Below, piece by piece: positions 47,764-62,959 of a stretch of 64,000 nt of DNA. Below the pieces are notes generated by a model. The model was not told the DNA's origin. It did no database searches and saw only the letters and a list, made by a program, of their open reading frames with translations. The position numbers were made by a program, and so were the translations under genes. The first letter of the stretch is position 1. Each line of letters starts with the position of its first letter. The DNA comes from the human T2T-CHM13v2.0 reference genome, Homo sapiens. The DNA lies in the NCBI RefSeq assembly GCF_009914755.1, contig NC_060927.1, one strand, 5' to 3'.

Positions 47764-50347
47764 AGATGCAGGCATAAACCCTCAGTTTAAGGGTTTGGCA
47801 GAGGCTGCATTAGCACAGAGGGTAGGTGACTGTGCTCACATCTCTAACAGAAACCAGGATGGAGGCAGGAGGCCTTGGACACAAGCAGGATGACAATCCC
47901 ACTTGCAGGCCTGCTAAGATCTGCCTAGGTCCATTTGCAAATCCTGGGCTGAATGTCATTGTTGGCTCCATGAGGTCTCTGTGCCCTGAAACCATCAGGG
48001 AAGCTGGAATTAGGAGCCTGGGCTCTTACCTTTGCTTTGCCTGCATTTATCTGTGGGGGTACACAAACAGCTGTATTTGGACTTTGAAATGATTATGGTA
48101 CCTCACCTTTTTCCCACATGTGTAAAACACAACACTGGCCCTACAAGACCCCAAAACATGCATGATGCCAACTGGCAAGGAAGCATCTTTCTAAATTTCC
48201 TTGTGGCAAAATTCTGCTTGGGCTCATCAGACCTATTCTCTTTTTCTCCTTTCCTGGTGCCCTGTTTTGATATCCATTGGGAAATCCATGTGAATGACTA
48301 GCAAATCTCTTGTCATTTCACAATGTCAGTGTTTTCATGTTGTGATGTGGGGACAGCTTGTGCCTTGTAGGGCTGCTGTGAGCAACACATGTAAGAACAG
48401 AATCAAGAGGGCTTTGCAAACTGGGAAGTGCTCTATATGCTTATTGCAGCTCCACTTGTGGTGCCAAGTCCTCTGTTGTGCTATTTATGCCTCCTCCTCC
48501 TCCTAGACAGCATTTTTCATGTGCGAGGCATGGTTCTAAGTATTTTGTCATTCAGAAATCTTCCCATATCCTGTAAGGCAGGTGCTTCTATATCTCTTGC
48601 AGGCTAGTTTGTGGCAAAGGGGGCTTGAAATGGAGGTTCGTTGCTTCAAACTTTGAAATCAGGGGCCTCACTACTACCCACAGATGGCCTCTCCTGCTCA
48701 AAGACATGTTGCTGCAATGGAAATCCATGTGCCTTACTTTCCACATTTTCATTTGTTACCAGATGGAGGCTTAAAAGTAGTTCTCCCTGTGGTTCTCACC
48801 TCCCTTTGTATTCGCCTCCAGCCTCAAGGCCCTTGCTTGGGCCCAGCTGTTCTCCACGCCCCATCTACTTCTCTCTTCTGGGATGGAGCAGAAGAGAGGA
48901 GGAAGATTGAGGGGACCTGGGAGAGCAGAATGGGTGAGCCCTACTCTGTGTGTCCTGCTGCAGGGAGGGTGGGTGTTGCCTTTTCAGGGATGAGGAAAAA
49001 GTAAGGGGTCCCTCCACTCCTAAGCACCATTAACCTTCTGTTAAGCATAGGGACACCTCCAGGATATAGTTGTCATTGATCCATTTGGGTGCTGTTGGTT
49101 GAAGTCACACTGGGCATGGCGAATTAGAAAATGCAAGACACTTTTCTTCATGGTAGCAGCCTTCTCATTGCCTGAGGGTCATCACCTCCAACCTTGGGCC
49201 AGAAAGGAAGCTCGTGATGCACCCTCCCTCCCTTCTGTCAAAGGGCCAAAGGGTGTTCAGGAGCCTCCCAGGTCACAGAGCTTCATCCAGGAGCTGGGCA
49301 GGGAGCAAATGGCATTGGACCTGGGGCTTTTTCATTTTTTGTAATTTCATGAAGGGATGCCTGTTTTTACAAGGTTCATGGTTAGTGCTCAAATTCTAAA
49401 TTGATGAGAATAGTAGGGGGCTGTGCAAAGGGGGAGGGGCAGGAGGTATGTTTTATAAATGTATCAAGCTATAGCACCAGCACTGAATGAAAAGAAGGAA
49501 GCCAGCTAGACAGAAAGAGCATTGGTTGTTAAGGTCCCCTTTGGTCCTAAGATCTGGGATTCAAAGACTGGATCTTATTCATTTGTTTTCATTGAGGTGT
49601 AAATGACTGACACATTGTTCTGCTGTCCTTATGGTTTACTCAAGAATGATAGACAAACTTCTCTGAGCCAGATTCTCCAGGCAGCTGTTCCAGGGGAAAA
49701 CAAAAGCAACTGCAGCTCTGTGAGGAGCCCTCCTGTAGCTCCCAGCTACATACAGGAATAACCTCTGCCAACCCTTCCAGGAGGAGGAAGCTCTAGTGGG
49801 TCAGACAAGCCAGGGTGGACCTGGATCCATAGCTCAGTGACACCTCCTTGGGCCTGTCACCCCACCCCGGGCCCCATCGGCACCTCTGGCCAAATCACAC
49901 TGGAATGATACAGTTGGCTCCTTTCCTTGGCCACCCAGGGGAGGGAGTGGGGCCAGAAGGGAACTTCTCCTCCCAGAACAAACCCAAAGGCAAGTATTTA
50001 GACTTGTAGACAGGTCTCAAGTCCCAGTTTCCAATGCAGCAAGTTTGGGTCCCTGAAGACAGGGGTGGTCATGTGCAGATGAAAAGCAATCAGGGAATCA
50101 GCCAAATCTTTGCTGAGCGTGTTACAGCTGACTCTATGTGGGAAGACAGGACAGTGGTGAACAACTGCCTGGGGAAGTAAACGTCATAGGAATACACAGG
50201 TGGGGGTGAGGTGGGAGCTCAGAGCAGGGGCATGCAGGAGAGGGAGGACGTTGCAAGAGTTGTCTGACAAGTCCGAGTCAGCCACATGAAGAAGGGGTAG
50301 AAGATTTTCCAGGCAAGGGAGCAGCTTGTGCAAAATCACAGAGGTGG

Positions 50348-50766
<419 letters not shown>

Positions 50767-51479
50767 TTAAACTAACAACGCTGGCAGAAAACCAAACGCC
50801 CTCAGGAGTGTCTGGTCGTTCCTGTGACAGCCAGGACTAGGCAGGCCAGAGGGCCCAGATGAGCGCTGGCCTTGCCTGTAGCAGCAAGGCTGGAGGTCCT
50901 TCACACTAGATTAAACACAGATCACTTGGAAGGCCCTTGCATGCCCAGCCCCCTCTGAAGGTCACTGATCCTGAGTGTCTGGCACTGAGTTGTAGCTGCG
51001 GCCAAATGGGAAGTGCCTGGTCAGAGGTTATGTTGGCATGGTGTTTACAGAGTCAGTCCCTGTGTGCGGAGACACAACCCAAAGCGGCCAGGGCTGGTGG
51101 AGAAATGCAGGGCCATCAGGAGATTCCAGAGGCCATAGTGTGATCAGGATGTTTCTCGCTCTACAAATTTTCCTGAGCCCTGGCTCAGGGCCTGGTACTC
51201 TGCAGGGGCCTGGGATCAAGAAGCCTCTCCTAACTGCCCAGCAGGGGTAAAGACCCCTGATCCAGGACCACACCCAGCTTGAGGGATGGGAAGATACCTC
51301 CTGCCGCCCTACTCCTAGCTTGGCCCTATGGGCCGGGTGTCTTCTGGGCTGGTATGGTCCAGTTTGGGTACTGGAGCTGCAGTTCTATCATTCCATCTTC
51401 CCTGAGGAGAGGATCTTGGTGTTGATGGCCAACCGCACATAGGGCCATGGAAGGAGCACCAGTGTCCAATACCAAAACT

Positions 51480-51625
51480 GGATAAGCCAGTTGCATCCAA
51501 TGGGTAAATCTCTTAACTTCTCAATTTTTCACCTGTGAAAGGGATTGACGTCTCTACCTTGCAGGGTTAATGGTTGAACGGGACAATGTGTAACGCTGAG
51601 GCCCAGGCCCAGCTCAGTCTTCCAG
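51480..51625 (+). mobile_element. MIR fragment
   Basis: gggtaaatctcttaacttctc...cacctgtgaaaggg...cagggtt. Confidence 0.55.
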
Positions 51626-51766
51626 CTATAGCCTGGCACCTTGTAGAGGAGCATTCTCCTGCCACCCTGAGCTGGATGGACAGAAAAAGTCTCCACTGAT
51701 GAGCAGAGGCCTGGCTGAGCCATTGGCCCCCGGACTTGGCTTGCTTTCTGGCCAGCCTGAGGCTCA

Positions 51767-51785
51767 TGGCCTGCAGGGGGCAGCA
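51767..51785 (+). promoter_or_regulatory. Candidate CTCF site
   Basis: TGGCCTGCAGGGGGCAGCA is close to the consensus TGGCCACCAGGGGGCGCTA. Confidence 0.6.
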
Positions 51786-53466
51786 GCGGGACGCACCGCC
51801 TAGGCCAGGTCTCCTGGCCCGGCTGCTTGGCTCTCTCTGCAGAGTCTGGGATGGAAAGTTCTCCTTTGCGCAGTGAATGCAGCTTGGGTCGATTTGTTTT
51901 TAAATGGGTAATGTTTGCAGTTCTTTTATGCAAGCCCTTCACATCTGGCATTCAAAGAAGATAATCAGTCTAGACTATCAGACCCGATAGCAGCTTGTAT
52001 GAAATTTGGGCCCGACTTTGCAGTAAAAGTGCCTCCCTGCTCCACGCCGGCGCTCCCTCCCTCTCCCTCCTTCTCTTCTTGTGACCTTTTATCTCAGCGG
52101 GAGCCCTGACTAGAAAGAGGGTTCTGGAAATGTGGTGTGTTTCTCATTAAGTTTCTGCAGCATAAAAGTCACGTGATGCAAAGCTTTTTTTTTCCCCTGT
52201 CTCCTGTCTTTCCCCTACGTAACTACAGTAACTCCTGCTGCTTAGGTTCCATTTAATTTGAGATGATTGAAGGCCGAAATCTTGTTGATACGAAGATTAA
52301 AAAAAGTCTGTTTCTAGGGTGCTGGTGGTATGTTTGGTTCATTTTTCCTTGGCAGTATGTTTTCCTTGGTGGTATGTTTGGTTCATGTTTCCTTGGTCAA
52401 ACAATTCCCAATAAAATCGGTCCTCTGCTAGGGACCAAACAGCCCCTTTTCTTTTCTCTTTGCACATCTGTAAATTTCTTTCTTTAAAACTTGAGGCTCT
52501 GACTTGGGAGATTTTCATGCTGGGTGGCCAGACTTCTGAGAGGGCCCAAAGGAACCTTGTGGGGCTGTGAGGAGTCTCAAAGCACTAGGAGGGCCACTGC
52601 CGTGAACAGCTGCTCTCTTCCCTGCATCTGTTGAGAGACTCTCATCTGAGCCCGGTGGTCCGTGGCAACAAATGGAGACAGAGAGCAAGAGAGAGCGAGA
52701 GGTAACGAGAGAGAGAGAGAGCACCATAGGTTCTGACAACTGCTCGAGTCTCCTTTATCTTCTCCTGGGACCAGAGGCTGCAAGCCCTACACTACCTCTC
52801 TCAGTATAAAGCCACAGGTTAAAGTTTGTGCAGCTGATGTCTCAAAATAGGCCCCCAGCTTCATGCCTAAAGCACAGTTTCATGAGAGCATGAATTGAGT
52901 CACACTTGTGCAAGTGAGCGTTACAGTCACATTGTTGGTGCAGACCAAAGGTCCCTCCCTACCCACTGCTCTACAATGCTCAGCCACTGGCCTCCTCTTC
53001 CCTTGGGCCCCTCAGCATGGTCTTCAGCAGCTGGGGGAGGGGCCAGCCTTGCATCTTCCTTTGAAGAACAATGGGGTCCTGGAGTTCAGGGGTCAGTATC
53101 ATCACTGCCTCATAGTCTTTGAGGGGCAGACTTGCCCATTGGGAGGCAGATCCTCAGGTGATGGCTGTCTCAATACCTGGCTTTTTGCTGACTTTTGTCC
53201 TTCCCTTCCCCTCCTGCAGCATCATTTCACCCTCTATTACCAACATTCACAGAAGCCTTTACGATTCAGCCCCACCCGCTTAAGCTTTAGTTCTGAACAA
53301 CAGAAGAGAAACGAGGAGAAGAGGTATCCATTTCTAGTCTGACTGCCATGAACTCCCTGGGAGACCCTGGGGAGTCCCATCCACCATCTGTGCTTGTCCT
53401 TGTCTTCACAATCTGGGGTGGATTTGAGGTTTGCTCAACTCCCTTCCAAGTCAAAGAGTTTGTAGT

Positions 53467-54716
53467 AGGGGTCAGGAAACAATTGCCTGGAGAAGTCTGC
53501 TTTTCTTTCCTTCTTTTTCTCTTTTAGCAGCTTAGTCAATAAATTTATTGTCTTTATCTGAAAAATTCTCATAGAAAATTTCTCGGTTTAGCTCTCAGCA
53601 GCCTGTTCTCAAGCTCTGATGAAGCTTGCCTTCTTTTGAGCTACCCAGTGTTTCTTCTGGGCAAGAGACGTTTTGGGACAATTCCACCTTTTCTCTTTAG
53701 CTTCTTTCTTGGGCTTCTTTTCATAACCTGGATTCTCTCATATAGCAACGTGGGCTTTCTTACACATCTCGTCCATCATGTATGGAGTTATGCTGTTCTT
53801 TATGTATTGAGAAAACTGTTTCTTGTAAGATCTTCAGCTTCTTCCATTAGGTAATGCATGTAATCTGCAACATTCTGACCCATGATGTGCTTCCTATGTA
53901 CTTCTGCATTAGATGCCTTGCTTTCAGAATCATAAGCAGGGAATCTGTTATTGTGTACTGTGAGAGATGGAGAGGCCTCCATTCACAGCCCCCTTCAGAG
54001 CCCCCAAAACTTTATTACTAGTGGTGGTTCTGGCAAGGCCTGCCTTCAAATAGCAGGTAAAATCACCCAGCTGACCATCAATGTTTTCCACGTTGTGTTC
54101 ATCTCTGGTCACCTCCACTTGGCCTTCATAAATCTTGACCATGCCAGACTTACTGAGAAGCCTGCAGGCCAGCAGCAAGCCAGTACAATATGCTGTAGCA
54201 TAATGTGTCAGGCCAACCTTCACACCATATTTTGGCAGTTCATATGCTTAAGCTGTGCAGACTATCATATCCCCTCCTATACAGGCATAAGCAATCTGAC
54301 AAATGATATCTCTGTTTGTCACCAAACTATCATCCTGTATTTGGGTGTGTTGTACTTATTTTTATACAGTATCACCAAGCGTTTCCAAGTATAATCTTCA
54401 GTTTTTACGCTTCTATCATTTTCTGAATTTCACTTGGTTTCTCTTAAAGCAGGCCTTGTTTTTGACAACTTTAGCAAACCCCTCCTGTAGAACAGAGACC
54501 CATGTTCACAGCTCAACATACCTACAGGCCTCAGAGGTCTGCTTTTCTAAATAAAGTTTTATTGGAACCCAGCCACACTCATTCGTTTACAAATCAGGTC
54601 TGTGGCTGCTTTTGCACTACAATGCAGAATTGAGTAGTTACCACAGAGACCATGTACCTGCATAGCCTAAGATATTTACTACCTGGCCCTTTACAGGAAA
54701 AGTTTGCCAACATCTG
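53467..54716. mobile_element. MER58A split by the RPL5 retrocopy (53467-53506 and 54533-54716)
   Basis: aggggtcaggaaac start; aaataaagttttattggaacccagccac...aaagtttgccaacatctg end. Confidence 0.75.
53507..54532 (-). pseudogene. RPL5P10: Processed pseudogene of ribosomal protein L5 (uL18), near full length
   Basis: Intronless RPL5 homology ([22 protein letters not shown]; [14 protein letters not shown]). Start codon lost at about 54483, stop at 53588-53590, AATAAA at 53544-53549, decayed A tail, 16-bp TSD aga(a/g)gtctgcttttct. The paralog number is from memory. Confidence 0.95.
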
Positions 54717-54871
54717 GTCTATGGCTTCAATTTTATTTTATCTTTCATAGGGTGAGGCAGACTTGTCCTCAGAGCCACAGGAATTTTATTTTGTGGAACA
54801 AGATCTTGGTGACTTGAATACAACTGAGGAGGCTCTTCCAGGATCCAAGCCATAGAGCAGGTGAAGGAATC

Positions 54872-55073
54872 TGTATTAGCTTGGGCTGCCTTATAAAATT
54901 CATCGACTGGATGGCTTAAACAACTGACATTTATTTCTCACAACTATGGAGGCCAAAAGCCCATGATCAAGGTACTGGCAAGGTAGGTTTCATCCTGTGG
55001 CCTTTTCTCTTGGCTTGTAGGTGGACACCATCTTGCTGTGTCCTTCCTCACATGGCCTCTTCTTTGTGCATGC

Positions 55074-55107
<34 letters not shown>

Positions 55108-55316
55108 AGAGAGAGAGAGAGAGAACACAAGCCAGCATGTGAGCTGTTGGTGTCTTTCCTTATAAGAACACTAATCCTATTGGATCGGGGTCCCTTCCTT
55201 GTGACCCCACCTTGCCTTAATTACTTCCTTATGGGCTCTGTCTCCAAATATAATCGCATTGAGGGATTAGGACTTTAACATATGAATTTTGGGGGAACAC
55301 AATTTAACTCATAATA
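54872..55316 (-). mobile_element. MLT1A-type MaLR LTR with internal (GA)n at 55075-55123
   Basis: tgtattag...ggcttaaacaac...tttatttctcaca; aacatatgaattttggggg. Confidence 0.8.
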
Positions 55317-55399
55317 GAACTCTAATCTTTTTCTCAGGAGACTTTCTAATTATGCTGACCTGACAGATGGAAAACTATAGCAATGGAGGTCAGAGGTTT

Positions 55400-55820
55400 G
55401 CTCTGTGTCTTCCTGAGAGGAAGACTTATGAGAAAGTGATGCATTGAGGAAGCGCTCCTTGGGAGATTGGTAAGGGAGTCGAGGCAGGGCGGGGGGAGAG
55501 ATAGAGTGAAGTCCTGCAGGGGTAGCTTCCTCCTGATCCTTCAGGGGAGCTCTGAAGTGTGAGTTACATCTTGGAATCTGACGCACCTGCATCTGTCAAT
55601 CACTGGCCTGGGGCTGCCTTGCGGGGATGTTGGCTCCCAGGCATTTCCAATCTCTGCAGGTGTGGGCAAACTAGCTCTAGCCACCTGAGGGCAGTCCTCT
55701 AACAGGAGTTGCAGGTGTAGGCAGCAGAAACAAGATCCCACAGAGGCCAGGAGAGCAACACACAGCAACTGTAAAAGGACTTAGTGGGTGTCTGGGTAGA
55801 GTGTTGACTGTGTTGCCACA
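55400..55820 (-). mobile_element. Old ERVL LTR (LTR16/LTR33-like)
   Basis: ggagctctgaagtg...tcaatcactggcctgggctgcc motifs; boundaries approximate. Confidence 0.45.
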
Positions 55821-56419
55821 TCCCACAAAGAAAAGTCAATAATAAAGGGTATATCGAAGACTGTCTAGGCTTATTCCGATAAAACAAAATTTGGCACATC
55901 TGTGGGAAGGTTCTGTGTTTGAAAGTTGTCTGAAGAAGGGACTAGACCTTTTGTATTCTTGCATTCCCAAACCTGGCACACAGTAGGTGCTCAGTTAGGC
56001 TTGAAGACTTCTGGTAGAGTGGGTGACTGGATGCCTGCAGGGGGCTGGAGTGATGGATAGCACGCTGGGGTCAGGTTTTAGAGAGCTAGCCTCTGTCCTG
56101 GGCTTCTCCTCACAGCTTGGGAATCCACTCTGGTCCTGACAGTCTAGGAATGGGGGAAGTTTGGCCATTTGACTCCAGCAAAGGACTTTTCTGTGTTTGG
56201 ATCTCAAAGACTTTCCTCTCAACACAGGGGAGTAGCCTTTCGGTGGAGGACAGTGGGGTGGGTGGGAACAGATGGTTTGCATGTAGCACAGGTGGAATTT
56301 TATTTCTACCTTGATTTTATACACATCTTAGAACAAATTGAATGGTGGTGGCTGATTTCATGCATTTTTATGAGTTTTGTCACATCGCCTAAACTGTTTT
56401 TTTCCTTTGGGAGAATTGA

Positions 56420-56580
56420 CCTGAAAAATTATTAGAAATAATGAGAGTTCAGTAAGGTAGCAAGTTACAAAATAAACGTACAAAAATCAATAGCTTTCCT
56501 ATTTCCAACAGTAGCCACTTAGAAAAAAATAATGGAAAAGAAAGATCTCATTCACAATAGAAACAAAAGATATTTATCAC
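56420..56580 (+). mobile_element. Old L1M ORF2 fragment
   Basis: gagttcagtaaggtagcaagttacaaaataaacgtacaaaaatcaatagctttcct. Confidence 0.7.
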
Positions 56581-57284
56581 CTTGCAGCAAACTTGTAGGA
56601 GACGACACATGTACTGCACTTCCTCCCTCTGTCCCAGGCATCCTTCTCTGGTGGGAGGGAGAGAATTGTTATGGCTACAGCTTGGATTCCTGGCCCCTGC
56701 CCCTCAGACCTTTGCCATAGGAGGATTGGGGGCCAGTGTTTCCCTGGCTCCCTTGGCAGGAGGTTTCTGCCTCTTCTGAGGCATATTGAAGATATGAGCT
56801 CTGGGCAGCTACCAAGAGCCCTCTGAGCATGCTGGTAGCCCACTGTGGTTACTGCAGGTGGTTACCCTAGCTTAGAGCAGTGACTGGGTCACAGGACATT
56901 AAATGGAGCAGGGAGCTATAAAGGTGATGCTGGTTTCCTGGAGTACCCACTGACTCTGGAAAGCTTCAGGGTTGGCTGCTTCTACCAGTCTAGGGGGTCT
57001 CAATGATGATCAAGCTGGCTGTGATCAGTGTGGGTGCAGGGCACAAAAGATATTGGTGGAGGTTTTTCCTGTACCACGATGGTGTCATATCTGGGATGGG
57101 AGTAGATTTAGGAAGCAATCCAGGGATATTTTATCCCAGAAACATTCTAGGGTTAAATAGGACGACCTCTCATTGAGTGGAAGTTTTACATATATTAATA
57201 TTAATCAGGATGCTTTTCCTTTGAAAATGGCAGAAAGCCTAGTTTAGTCATCCAAGTCCTACAAAAAAAACCCCAAACAATACA

Positions 57285-58040
<756 letters not shown>

Positions 58041-58045
58041 CAACT

Positions 58046-58108
58046 GAGAGAGAGAGAGGGAGAAAGAGAGAGGGAGAGAGGGAGAGAGAGAGCGAGAGAG
58101 CGAGAGAG
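58046..58108. repeat. (GA)n-rich simple repeat
   Basis: Direct reading. Confidence 0.9.
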
Positions 58109-58430
58109 TGAGCATGAGAGCAAAAGCAAAAGTACATATAATTGGAGTCCAGGCATAGCTTTGGCTTCAGGTAGGACTGGACCCAGAGGACTCAAGCAAT
58201 ATCTTTAGGATGATCAGGTCTTCCCATCACTTGATTGTGCTTTCTTCTCAGGTGGACTCTGTCAACCCAGTGGATCTCAGCAGTTCCAGGCTTAAAGTCT
58301 TCAAACTAAACTACCCTAGCAGAAAGAGGAGAACTTGTTTTTGTCCTAGGATATCTTAAAATTGCAAACCACTGGACTGACTTGCACGCCTCTAAGCCCA
58401 TCATCGAGGCCAGGTGGATGGAATACTTTG

Positions 58431-58870
58431 TGTACTAGTAGTCAGGTTTTTCTAGAGGGACAAAACTATTTTATATATATATATGAGTTTATTAAGTACT
58501 AACTCACACGATCACGAGGTCCCACAATAGGCCATGTGCAAGCTGAAGAGCAAGGAGAGCCAGGTCGAGTCCCAGAACTGAAGAACTTGGAGTCTGATGT
58601 TCAAGGGCAGGAAGCATCCAGCAAGGGAAAAAGATGTAGGCTGGGAGGCTAGCCCAGTCTTGCCTTTTCACGTTTTTCTGCCTGCTTTATATTCTAGCTG
58701 TGCTGGCAGCTGATTAGATGGTGCCCACCCAGATTAAGGGTGGGTCTGCCTTTCCCAGCCCACTGACTCAAATGTTAATCTCCTTTGGCAACACCTGCAC
58801 AGATACACCCAGGATCAATACTTTACATACTTCAGTCCGATCAAGTTGACACTCAGTATTAACCATCACA
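58431..58870 (-). mobile_element. MLT2A (HERV-L) solo LTR
   Basis: cccacaataggcc...gaagaacttggagtctgatgttc...ttgacactcagtattaaccatcaca; TSD ctttg/ctctg. Confidence 0.88.
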
Positions 58871-60589
58871 CTCTGATTGGCCAGTCCTGATTCATGTGAC
58901 TATGGATCCCTTTTATGTCCTCCTCTGTACACTCCCATTCCACTTTTCCCACACACTCTAGTGGTATACAATGGAGAGAAATCAGAAGCAGGGATGAAGG
59001 TCCTGTGTTTTGGAAGTAGATAAAGACAGACACACGTCTGCATGCATGTGCTGATGTCTAATTGTGTAGAATCTGATCACTTGCTAACTATCAAACAATA
59101 TTGGTGAAATATTCAAAGAATCTGTGTGTAAGCTAGACCACTCTTTTTTTTCAATGTTATGAGAGAAATAGAAAACAAATATCCCAGCTGAAGTCCTGCA
59201 TCTTACTTCTTTTCATATGAGTGATTTCTGTAGAAGAGACCAATCTTTGGCAAGAAAAACAGAAGGTGAGAGAAAAACTAGTATCTAGAGAGTTCCTAGC
59301 TGTATGTCAGTCATTGTCTTAGCACTGTATGGTTGTGACTTCATTTGACATGAAATCTATAGTGCTCATTTTATAGGTGGCCACACTGAAGCTGGATGAT
59401 GTTAAGTCAGGTGCTGAAGAAGGCTCAGAGCCTGGACTGTTTGACCCCTCAGCCATGGTATTTTCACTATTCTAGATGTCTTCTCTCAGAGAACGGTACT
59501 GGGAGAGGGAAGTCTGCTCTGCTCATTCTGTGAATGAAATAAACCCTCTTCCCGCTAGTCTAAGTACTATGATGTTAGAAAGGAGGCATTTTAAACAAAT
59601 GGAGCTTCCAGTCATACATGGTGTAAGAATTAGAAGCACTCCATCAGCACTTGTGAAATCACAAAGAGCTTAATTAAAAAAAAAGTAATTTGCTCATATC
59701 CCGGCTGGAGAAGCCTGTCTATGTAGTCCACAAAGCAAACAAAAGAAAAAAAATACAGATTACCTCCCTGAAGGCAGGACTTTGCTTGAAAGTGTTATGA
59801 TTTTGTCCCCTGAGCCTAGTACAGTGCCTGACACATTATGAGTGCTCAGTATATATTTGGTGAGTGAATAAAAAAATTGCATACACATTAATAGTTTTTT
59901 TAAAACAATACTACTTTCTAAATATCTTTCCATGACAATGAATAAATCATTTCATGATGGTTGGAATGGTTAAATTTATTTAACATTTTATTGGATTAAC
60001 TATTTTTGCTTGTTTGACATATTTAACTATTTAATTCCCTCTTTTTGGATTGGTAGGCAGTTCATATTTTTGAGGATAGTAAACAATGCTATGAATGAAC
60101 ATCGTTACACTTAAGCTTTTACAAATTTTTCAAATAATTTATCTAGGGTATATACAGAAAAGAACTGCTTAGTTAAATGGCATGCATGTTTTAAGCCTTG
60201 TTTTGGAAATACACAGGCAAATACATATCCATGTATAATAAGGAAAAATGTGATTTATTTTGAAAATTAAATTATCACAGTCTTCAGCTAAACCTAACAG
60301 TCATATCTTAGCACATTTAGCAGTCTAAAGTGAATTAGTTAATTTTTATGGCTTATTGTTTGAGGTAAGTGGGCCACTAGATAAGATTTGAAAACTGTTG
60401 CTTGCTTTTTATTTCCACCATACTGTTCTGTGAGTCTTTGGGAAATCTCTGGAGAGTCTGAGTATCTTGTCTTTGGGTCTGCAATGCCATGTCTCATGTA
60501 GCTTATATCCTGTTTTGCCTCCTCTCCACCCCCAGAACCTCATTAGTATCTCTCACACAGAGGATTCAGATTCCAAAAATATTTGTGGA

Positions 60590-60905
60590 ATTAAGTGTTG
60601 GCAAGAGAGTGAGAAACCCAGACTTGCGCACACTGCTGGTGGGAGTATTTAATTGGTACAGCCACTTTGAAGGCAATTTGGCAGTGTCTATTAAAATGTA
60701 AAATGTGCGTACCCTGTGATTCAGCAATTACACTTCTCCGTGTCTTCTCAAGAGAAACTTTTGCTCATGTACAGATGTGCACTCAGCACGGATCATAATA
60801 GTGAAAACCTGGAAAGAATCTAAATGTCTATCAATAGGGAAATGATTGAAACAAATTTGAAAAGATTCTACGCTGTACATTAGTAGTTAAGGAGAATGAA
60901 GTAGA
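60590..60905 (+). mobile_element. L1ME-type fragment
   Basis: cactgctggtgggagt...ttggtacagccactttgaaggcaatttggcagt. Confidence 0.7.
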
Positions 60906-61024
60906 CCAGAGACAATATATTCGGGTCCTGAAGGCCAGATCCAGGCCAGCAAAAATATTTTATTCACTTTACATAGTATTCCCCTCCACCCCTCCTTGCC
61001 ATATATTTTATAACTATTTTAGCA

Positions 61025-61950
<926 letters not shown>

Positions 61951-62179
61951 TATATATTTCTGAAATATAAGGACTCTTTTATAAACATCTCAAGTACCAT
62001 AATTACTCCTAGATTCCTTAGTCTTTTTTCTTCATCTTTGTGTATAAACTGGAGATTCCTTAATATTATTGAATATCCAAAGTGCACATTTTCCCAGTGT
62101 CTCACTAAAAATCATTATGAATTCATGGATTTAAGCGTACTTGGTAAATTTTAATTCATGATAATGATGATGATTATGA

Positions 62180-62290
62180 ATTTTATTTATTATTATTTTT
62201 AAACTTTTATTTTAGGTTTGAGGATACATGCTCAGGTTTGCTATATAGGTAAATTTTATGTTACAAGGGTTTGATATACAGATTATTCTG
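62180..62290 (-). mobile_element. Short L1PA/L1PB 3' end
   Basis: aaacttttattttaggtttgaggatacatgctcaggtttg. Confidence 0.65.
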
Positions 62291-62405
62291 TACAATCTGT
62301 GCTTCTCAAAGAATGGGGGGAATCACCTGAAAAATAGTCACATGGTCTCCCAAACTTGCAGTGAAATTAATGAGGGACTGATGGGCATGACTCCCCAAAT
62401 TTGGA

Positions 62406-62764
62406 TGATATGGTTTGGCTTTTTGTCCCCACCCAAATCTCATCCCGAATTGTAATTCCCACATGTCAAGGGAGGGAGGTGACTGGATCGTGGGGGTGGT
62501 ATCCCCCATGCTGTTCTCATGATAGTGAGTGAGTTCTTAGGGGATCTGGTGCTTTTGTAAGTGTTTGGAAGTTCCTCCTTCATTCTTTTCTCTCCTGCTG
62601 CCTTGTGAAGAAGGTGCTTGCTTCCCCTTCACCTTCTGCCATGATTGTAAGTTTTCTGAGGTCTCCCCAGCCATGTGGAACGGTGAGTCAATTAAATCTC
62701 TTTCCTTTATAAATTACCCAGTCATGGGCATTTCTTTATAGCCGTGTGAAAACAGACTAATACA
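62406..62764 (+). mobile_element. THE1 (THE1C/D-like) solo LTR
   Basis: tgatatggtttggct...gactaataca; TSD ttgga/ttggg. Confidence 0.9.
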
Positions 62765-62959
62765 TTGGGTCTGAATCCCCAGATTCCAACATTAAAAGTC
62801 CACTGGAGAGAGGTGGTGCAGTGAATGGGTAAAAAAAAAAAAAGAAAGGAGAAAGTGTAATCATTCTTCCAACAGGGCCACTGCTCTTCCCTGGGGAAAG
62901 AAACTGTTGTGATGAAGGTGAGAGCAACAGTGAGTGCACCATGACATAGCGCAACCAGC

